Assembly: GCA_964644785.1 (NCBI GenBank)
Contig: CAZXXP010000004.1
Location: 1-35,080, forward strand
Source of the DNA: an uncultured Nitrosopumilales archaeon
GTDB lineage: Archaea; Thermoproteota; Nitrososphaeria; Nitrososphaerales; UBA57
Reading direction: 5' to 3'
Length of the DNA stretch: 35,080 nt
Shown: positions 24,813-32,500 of the stretch, one piece after another
How the letters are laid out: every line of letters begins with the position of its first letter
Numbering within the stretch: the stretch's first letter is position 1
Made by a program: the position numbers and the translations under genes
The notes under the pieces: generated by a model
Told to the model about the DNA's origin: nothing
The model's database searches: none
Seen by the model: the letters and a program-made list of their open reading frames with translations, nothing else

Positions 24813-27212
24813 ATGACTGCCAGATCTAAACGCGTCTCCCTAGACTTTCTACGTAGGAGGATTGAATCTGAAAAGGAGGACCTTGCAGACCCCCTAGTAA
24901 AGGAAGCGCACTTTCGTAGACTGCTACTTCGTATATTGACAGCTTCACTATTCTTTGCTAATACTGCACTATTCACGATTCTGCTTCCTTTCTACCCAGT
25001 CGGCCTAGCTCTAATGTTGGCTCTTGTAGCGGGCATAATAGGATACGTCTTTCCTGCTGCAGGTTTCTTTACCAGTGTCATGTTAAGCATACCAGCTTTG
25101 GCATACCAGACTGGTGTGCCGCTGTGGTGGCTAGCAATTTTGGCGATATTTGCAATCGGTTTTTCTGTCAGAATTTTCTTTGACTCTAACAGTGCGTTCA
25201 CAGCTTCAATAGGGATGCTGGTCGCTGCAGTAACTCTTACGCCTGCTTACTTTATCATAATCCCTATCATAATAGCTGTTGGATTATTCCGTCAGAAAGA
25301 GAAAGTTTTTGCCCCGCTTGCTGTCGTGATAATGTTTCTGATTTTTTTCATACCTATTCACCATGCTGAATTTTCTTCCATTCTGAAAGCTTCGCTTGGA
25401 GAAAAGATCCAGACGATGCGAGCCGAGGAGATTTTCAGCTCAATGAACAGTCTTGCAATTCCCCTGTTCCATCAACTCAGTATCAGCGTTAGACCTGCAC
25501 CAAAATCATTCGATCTGCCAGCGTTGTCAGAAGCGTTTGGCTCCGCCTTCCAGCCCAGCGGATTTTTCCATCCTTACCTCTTTCTCATGATCGACAGGCT
25601 GATCATATTCTTCTATCCCATCTTGTTAACAGTGACACTATCAGTTTCTTTAGTCATCGAAAGGTTTTGGCATTGGTTAAGAGATAGGAACGCTGCCGTA
25701 GCACCCAGTATAAAATTCTCCAGCATTCTCACCATATTCGTTGGAACGGCAGTTTTCATACTTCCGCTTGTCGCCTTATCCCCAGCGCTGAGATATCTCA
25801 CATCAATAGATAGCGCCATGCCTTCGGAAGCTATTACTGGCAGCAACGCTCTGGCTGCTCTGATAGCGTCTGCAGTTACTATTGGGTTTTTAGTAACGAT
25901 AGTTTCGCAATGGTCGTTAAGGAGAAACTCCATAGCTAATACGGCTTCAGCTGTATTAGGAAAAAGCAAGACGTTATTCCCCATACTCGAGAATCTAGTC
26001 AAATATGTCTCCAGTGTAAATCAAAATAGTCAAGGGATCAGCATATCCGAAGAGGTTGCACAAGTAGCTATGGCGGATGAAGATCTCAGGCTCACTCAAA
26101 AGAACATAGAGACCTTACGCCCTGTGGTTATGGCGCAAAGACTTGCAAGGCTCAACAATATAGGTCAGGATCTACCGGGAATCAAGGCATCCGTAAACCT
26201 CAAGCTCGGTAATTACTACATTGACAAGGTAGCCAAATACAACTCGATGGTAGAACAGGTTACAGGATTTGGGATGCAGGGCTTGAAGAAGATCACTGAA
26301 CCTACAACCGATCGAATTAGCGAAATGGCAGACGATCTGCTGAGAGTGCAGCAGACATTAAACGAGATGTATTTCGAGCTTGCTGAGAAGGTCTTAGAAG
26401 CCACTAAAGGTGTTATCGAAACGATAAACCTTGAGTTTGAACACATAGATACAACTTCGGTTGAAGTGAGCAGGAAATTCCTCGATGAGAAGAAGGGTGA
26501 AGTTGCAGTTGAGTATTTAATTAATACACTGATAGAGCTGGATGCAAGGTACGGGAAGTTATTGCAGCAGATCGTTGAGAGGGAGGATTCCATTACAATC
26601 GGGATAAGAAAGATATACTCTTTTCAAATGCTCCCTATGTTCGAAACTCTGGGTAAGGCCGAAACATCCTCGCAGTCTTACGGAGCGATAGTTAAGCTTG
26701 GTGAAGCAGTAAACCGTTCAGGTACTGTAAGTATGACATACCTTGCAGAGACGATGACTAGGTTTCAAATCATTCAGGACGGCCTCAAAGTAATATCCTC
26801 CGAACTTATGTTGCACATTGGGGAGCTTGAAGGGCTCAACGATGCAAGAGCTTCGGGCTTTAACTGGGGTAAAGATACAAACGTCATGATCGAGCTGGAA
26901 ACGGCGATAAAAGCAATGCAGAGTAGGGAAAAGCTTGGAATAGAGGAGAGGATGGCAAATGCGGAAGTTGCCTCAAAGCATATAGAGCAGGCTACGAAGA
27001 CAGTTTCTCAGTACCTAGTGATGAGCGAACTCATACTGTTATGTCCCTTGCTTGACCAAATAATTGATTCCAAGCTCAGGAGCTCCGGCGCGGTGAAACC
27101 TGAAGAAATACCTGTTGCACAGAAGTATGCGAAGCAGTTGCTGAGGCTATACGCGTCTAGGCACGCTGATTCTGCCTATGATATTATGCTGAATAGGTTG
27201 CAGCCTAAATAG
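24813..27212 (+). CDS. Polytopic membrane protein (about 10 TM, aa ~35-370) with a ~430-aa C-terminal all-helical soluble domain
   Basis: Successive hydrophobic helices after a basic N-terminal segment (RSKRVSLDFLRRR). The C-terminal half is hydrophilic and Leu/Glu/Lys-rich. It starts 14 nt after the FtsZ-like gene. No family recognised. Confidence 0.65.
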   Translation: MTARSKRVSLDFLRRRIESEKEDLADPLVKEAHFRRLLLRILTASLFFANTALFTILLPFYPVGLALMLALVAGIIGYVFPAAGFFTSVMLSIPALAYQTGVPLWWLAILAIFAIGFSVRIFFDSNSAFTASIGMLVAAVTLTPAYFIIIPIIIAVGLFRQKEKVFAPLAVVIMFLIFFIPIHHAEFSSILKASLGEKIQTMRAEEIFSSMNSLAIPLFHQLSISVRPAPKSFDLPALSEAFGSAFQPSGFFHPYLFLMIDRLIIFFYPILLTVTLSVSLVIERFWHWLRDRNAAVAPSIKFSSILTIFVGTAVFILPLVALSPALRYLTSIDSAMPSEAITGSNALAALIASAVTIGFLVTIVSQWSLRRNSIANTASAVLGKSKTLFPILENLVKYVSSVNQNSQGISISEEVAQVAMADEDLRLTQKNIETLRPVVMAQRLARLNNIGQDLPGIKASVNLKLGNYYIDKVAKYNSMVEQVTGFGMQGLKKITEPTTDRISEMADDLLRVQQTLNEMYFELAEKVLEATKGVIETINLEFEHIDTTSVEVSRKFLDEKKGEVAVEYLINTLIELDARYGKLLQQIVEREDSITIGIRKIYSFQMLPMFETLGKAETSSQSYGAIVKLGEAVNRSGTVSMTYLAETMTRFQIIQDGLKVISSELMLHIGELEGLNDARASGFNWGKDTNVMIELETAIKAMQSREKLGIEERMANAEVASKHIEQATKTVSQYLVMSELILLCPLLDQIIDSKLRSSGAVKPEEIPVAQKYAKQLLRLYASRHADSAYDIMLNRLQPK

Positions 27213-27213
27213 A

Positions 27214-28272
27214 CTATACGCTTGCTGCTTTTGTCAGGTAGTCTTGCAGTTCATCAAGCAGTAGATTGGATATTCTCTGCGAGATGTCAGATAAGTTCTT
27301 GGTAGTAATTGCATTGTTGACAATTTCAACAAGGTGCTTGCCTATCTTGGTTTCGACGACTGGGAGAAGTCTCCTAATGCTGCGAATGGCTTGATCTATT
27401 TCTCTTTGTTTACCGAGTTCAGTACTTACCAGCAATTCGTTTACGGCGAGTGTCAACAGCATGAAATAGGAGAGAGAAGACCAGTTCGGGTGCATTTCTC
27501 TGGCATATTGAGTCCACTTCTTGGATATCGGGGTCTTTGAATGGACTGTTGTCCCAAGCTCTGCGAACAATTCAGAAACTGTTTCGTTTACAGCCAGCGG
27601 AGAGTGGGATTTTATCGCCTCAGAAAAATTGACCGTCACCTGTCCAAGGTTTGTCTCTGTACCCTTAATCAATCCCTCTGCCGCGGTCAAAATACTCTTT
27701 GCATGAACTTCTGCATTCCTCCATTCTCCCTGCCCTATTTCGTTCAACATATCGCGTGTTGGAGAAATCATTGACCATATGTTTATCATTGATTCGTAGA
27801 GATAAACTACGAACAGTAAGTCTTCCCTCTCAGCCTGCTTCTTCTTCTGCACTTCTTCTTCTAATCTCCTCTTGCTGGCCTGCAGAATCTCCGAGACCTG
27901 ATTCAATATACTCAAAGCACTACTACTGCTATTTGTAACGAGAACTAGGCTCGCAGGTTTTGCATTCTCCGTGTAGCTGACCTTGATAGAAGAATTCCCT
28001 TCTTGACTGATACCATTTATCTGAGAATAGTTCAATGCGATAACCGTTGCAAGTTTGTTAGAAAATAGTGAAGCTTTCTGTTCTACGATAATCCTCCTCT
28101 CGGTTAGCGTAAGCTTAACCTTGCCTCTGCCCTGAAGTTTTATGTCATCGCTTATTGCAATGATTCTTTCTGGTTCCACTTTACATTGCCGTTCATGTGG
28201 CATAAGGTAAAAAGCATATCTCAGGAAATGGTTCTTATCCTCAGCCGTTACAGATGTGTGTATGGAAGGCAC
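27214..28272 (-). CDS. Hypothetical protein: N-terminal PH/GRAM-like beta-sandwich plus helical C-terminal domain
   Basis: ERIIAISDDIKLQGRGKVKLTLTERRIIVEQ...VIALNYSQINGISQE...SIKVSYTE...ASLVLVTN is followed by the helix LSILNQVSEILQASKRRLEEE. This is the strand/helix order of PH-like folds, read by pattern only. An alternative start is ATG 28203. Confidence 0.45.
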   Translation of the reverse strand: MPSIHTSVTAEDKNHFLRYAFYLMPHERQCKVEPERIIAISDDIKLQGRGKVKLTLTERRIIVEQKASLFSNKLATVIALNYSQINGISQEGNSSIKVSYTENAKPASLVLVTNSSSSALSILNQVSEILQASKRRLEEEVQKKKQAEREDLLFVVYLYESMINIWSMISPTRDMLNEIGQGEWRNAEVHAKSILTAAEGLIKGTETNLGQVTVNFSEAIKSHSPLAVNETVSELFAELGTTVHSKTPISKKWTQYAREMHPNWSSLSYFMLLTLAVNELLVSTELGKQREIDQAIRSIRRLLPVVETKIGKHLVEIVNNAITTKNLSDISQRISNLLLDELQDYLTKAASV

Positions 28273-29596
28273 TCAACAGGAAACCGTCCTCATTCCATGT
28301 CCCGTAGGACATAAAGCCCTCACGGGTATGACGCAATGCCCAAGATGCGGCCTTCCAATAATTTTGTATGAGAAAGAGCTGATAGATATTGTAGACAGGT
28401 TCAAGACCCTCTCACAAAACTTTGCGAAGGTTCAGCAGTTGTTTCCAATTGGTGTAGGCCTATGGGGCTCCAAGCTCCTACTAGCAACAGTCGCTTCACA
28501 TGATATCAGGCTGACAAAGTTTTCAACAATTGGTGCTTCGACTACAGATATTCAGATGTTCGCATCTGCAAAACAGAAGATGATACCCAGAGACAATGTG
28601 GAAAACATTCTGCGCAAGATAAATTACCCTCTGAAGATTGTTGCAGACATGAGAGGAGGTATATGGAAGAGAGCGGAGATAACTGCAAGGAACGATTCAG
28701 CTCTTGCGGATAAAATAAGCATTCTCAGAATTAATGATATAAAAGAAGAGCAGGTCGCTTTCTTCATGGGTTCTTTGAGCGAGGGAATTGTGGCTGGGGT
28801 TACACCATTCCTTTGTTCCGCTGCTAGAGAAAACAATCCTAATGTCTTAACCATATTTCTCTTGACTCTGCCAGCTGAAGACACGTCTGAAGAAGCGCAG
28901 TTCAATGCCTACTGTGGCCTTGCTATGCTTCTCCAATCGGGCATGCATACCGGAATAATTATGCAAGAATCAGCCCTTAAGGCCCTTAAGGGGATTTCAA
29001 GATCTGGTGCAGAATTGAATGCAGATTTCCTACTCCCTACGATGTGTGACATATTGCTCGCGATTGGTGTCGAAGGCCTAGCAGAGATATCCCATATTTC
29101 GCAGTCGTTCAGACTGCAGGTCCTATCGCCCGCCTTTGCTTATGGGGCAAGCTATGAAATTTACGGAAGCCTTGCAAATATCGTAGAGTACGCGATGTAC
29201 AAAATCTTGGTGCCAATAAACCCGGAAAACGTCATTGCTGCAGTTACCATCGCAAGAATTCCAAGAAGACTCCTTGAAATAGTCGGTAAGGATGCCCTCG
29301 AAGAGCAGTTTACAAGTTGGACTAGGCGCCGCTTCCCGGCAATAAGAGGAAGTCTGCTTAGAATCATTACAAAAGAAGAACCGTCAGACAGAATAGATGC
29401 AATTCTCTTACTAGGTGGCAAGAACCTAGAAGCTATTACCAATTCGATCAAAGATGGCTACATCGAGTTCAAAGCTAACTTGGATACAATGGACCTATGG
29501 GAGGAATATTCGATAACTACTGACGAATTGAAGAATATCGAGGAGTCAATATTAAAATACGACAAGAGAATAAGCGCGCTTCTCAAGAAGAAGTAG
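28256..29596 (+). CDS. Zinc-ribbon protein with a putative nucleotide-site-degenerate FtsZ/tubulin-like domain
   Basis: N-terminal CPVGH-x11-CPRCG. Then FPIGVGLWGSKLL (T1 position), RGGIWKRAEI (T3 position), AFFMGSLSEGIVAGVTPFLCSAARE (T4 position, GGGTGSG lost), LTIFLLTLPAEDTSEEAQFNAYCGLAMLL (T5/H5 position) and IDAILLLGGKNLEAI (C-terminal subdomain). Order and spacing follow FtsZ. The probable start is ATG 28262. Confidence 0.5.
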   Translation: MCMEGTQQETVLIPCPVGHKALTGMTQCPRCGLPIILYEKELIDIVDRFKTLSQNFAKVQQLFPIGVGLWGSKLLLATVASHDIRLTKFSTIGASTTDIQMFASAKQKMIPRDNVENILRKINYPLKIVADMRGGIWKRAEITARNDSALADKISILRINDIKEEQVAFFMGSLSEGIVAGVTPFLCSAARENNPNVLTIFLLTLPAEDTSEEAQFNAYCGLAMLLQSGMHTGIIMQESALKALKGISRSGAELNADFLLPTMCDILLAIGVEGLAEISHISQSFRLQVLSPAFAYGASYEIYGSLANIVEYAMYKILVPINPENVIAAVTIARIPRRLLEIVGKDALEEQFTSWTRRRFPAIRGSLLRIITKEEPSDRIDAILLLGGKNLEAITNSIKDGYIEFKANLDTMDLWEEYSITTDELKNIEESILKYDKRISALLKKK

Positions 29597-32500
29597 ATTT
29601 TCTTTGGAAAACCCTTGAGAGCACTAATTGTGTTGTTATCGAAATTGCAGCCACTGCTATTATTATGCCTGTAGCAAATGCAGCAATGGTTGCGTCTGAG
29701 CGTACTAAGTTAATCATGAAGCTAAGGTCTCTGTCAGTTATTTCGGGGCTGACAACCTGCTGCTCCCCCCTGTATTTTATCGTGAACTGATACTCGCCAG
29801 GAATTAGGTGTTCATACAATGGATTATCACTCTCCTTTATCTCTTTATGCGTAGGTCCCTCCATCGTCAGCTCAGCATCGGGGATTACCAACCCAAATGG
29901 ATCTCTAACGGTAAATGAAACGTCGAATGTTTTCAGATATGCCACAACATTCCTGGTGCTGTGGCTGTACATCAATGAGATTACCATTCTATCCCCCAGA
30001 TTGGTGAACTCTGGTTTGGCGAGCTTACCGTCCAACAACACAACTATCTTATCAGCAGAAGAGCGCAGGTCATCGATTAGGAGGTTGCTGGGAACAGTTA
30101 TGTTGAGGACCCCCACGCTGCCTTCCTTTCCAACAAGCGTGAGCTTAACAGCTCTAACATCAGTTGATGATAGAGCGCTCGTAACTGTTGAGTTCGATAT
30201 AATCGTAATCAATTTATCAGAATAACTAACATGCTCGACCTGTCCTGTTTGAAGCTTTCCATCGCTACGCAACTGCACAGTATGTTCTATCGTACTCCTC
30301 TCCAAGAAACTTCCTCCCATCGAATCGATTATGGGGAATACTGGAGATACTTCCATAACCGAAAATGTATAATTTGTTCTTCTGGGTCCGCTAACAAAAA
30401 TCGGATATTTGGATAGTGGAGTAGATGAACTCACAAGGACCATTTGGCCTTCGGCTTTCAGCGCTCTGATTTCAGGTGCTTGAGGGTCTACAGGTGTCCA
30501 TATAGCCGCATATGGTAAACCCACGATAAAGTCTCTACCTGCATCTGTCCTCATGACTATGTTGGTGTCACCTCTCGTATATACTGTAAAACCATCAAGG
30601 GGTGGGTACATCGTCGCCTTGTAACTCTCAGTTATATCTACAGCCCTTCCTTCATAAGTAACAACTTCAATGGGACCTCCCCACTTGGGGCTCAGCTCAT
30701 AATACATCTTGGGATCCTTGCCTAGATTCTGTATGCCCAAGGGGTATCTTGTTGGGGATATCTCGAACAGACCTTCTGCAGGGTCTACAAATAGCCAGTC
30801 CCTGTCTACTCTGAACTCGATCCAGGCATGCAGTGTAAGATATGGTATCTCTTGCAATGGTGACATCTCCATGATTCCAATTAAAGGTCTTACCGGTATA
30901 TCCACCGATCGCAAGAGGCCGCCATAGAATACAACAATGACCCTCGAGTCACCGGTTACCTTCTGGTTGCTTAGTGCTCCTCCCGTAGCCTGCAGTTCCG
31001 ATGCTATATGTGCTATACTTTGAGGCTTAATGTTGGTTGCTGGCTCGTAATGCTGAACGACAAAGGTGAATAGGGCCCTTGCCTTGTCTACGGGGCTTGC
31101 AATCTGAGGTACATTTGCTACCGCAAGTATGTTCTCAGCGAGTGCCTTTACTTCAGGTGTAGTTGCCATAAGGTCGTTCAGCACTGCAAGATTTTCAACA
31201 CTAACTGCCTTACCAATAGCCCGAAGGTTATCCCTGCTTCGACTCGAAAATATCTTTAGAGGGACAGAAATACTATCTGCAGAGTCTGCAGTCTCGTTTA
31301 TCTTCGCTTCAAAGGCCCCGGTTCCATTTTTGAGGAACCTTAGCTCATATGCAATAACATAGGACTGCCCAGACTGAAAGTTCAGCACTATGCTCTTGGG
31401 ATTCACGCTTATGCCATCGAAACTTGATTGTGCGTCTAGCCTTACCTCGCCCGGCCTGTCATTCGTATTTGCTATCTTCAGCCAGATATAGGCAGATTCT
31501 CCTTGGAACTCCGTCTTTGATATGGTCGTATTTGCCCAGACTATACCGACCTTCGGTAGAAACACGTAGTTTGCGGTTAGATTGAAAGGTCTATCTATTC
31601 TAATGGAAACTAACAGACCCGTGAACCTGTTCCCGTCCACAGTCCAGAACCTGAACGAATAGTCCCTGACCCTCTTTGTTGTGGCAAATTCAGTGGTTAA
31701 ATCTGTATCATGCCACTTGTTTCCGTTAGATATTTCGGCCAAACTCTTCGGCTCGGTGGCTGCATAAATGAAGAATTGTAGTGTATAAGTTGATGTTACG
31801 ACCTTTGGGCCGTTCATCAGGACTGTAGTGTTCGTTTTGGAATCTGAAATATTCCCCATCCAGCCTCTGAAATCGTATCTCCTGTTCTCAGCTATGTTCA
31901 CTATCTGCGGAGTTGAGATACTGGCCTGTGTATTGTTGTCGAACCATCCGGCTCCCAATGATGGTGGGGGAGAAATGGGTAGAATGCTCCTCACCGTTAG
32001 AAAGTACTGTGTCTTGAACTCAGCTTTATATGTTCCCTGAGAGTTTATCGTCAGAATCCTTGCCTGCGTAGTTGTCCCATCTGACCACCTCGTAAAGACA
32101 TAGCGTATTCCAGAGGTTCCATTGACTATCTGGTTTGGCACGCCTAATGTATGGATCTCGCCCTGCACCCATCTATATTGTTTCGGAAGATCTGTAGGTT
32201 GAATGAGTGCCCCATCAACAATGAATGAGGAAACTCGTGGCGATGAATCTATAGTTACAGTTAGAAGTGGAAGTATGACGAGAACTGCCTGCGCAGACCT
32301 CCTTACAATGCCGCTGTTTGCCTCAATCAAAAAGAGGAAGTTCCCTGCACCAGAAGACTCAGAAGCCCTGACGCTCAGCAAGGCATTTCTTGTTACACCT
32401 ACTTCCAAGCTAAAGGAGTTGGGAACTATTGAGATTTCGACATCGCTGGGAATACCCGTGGACCTCATGTCTATCAGACCGGAGAAGCCTCCCCGTGAAA

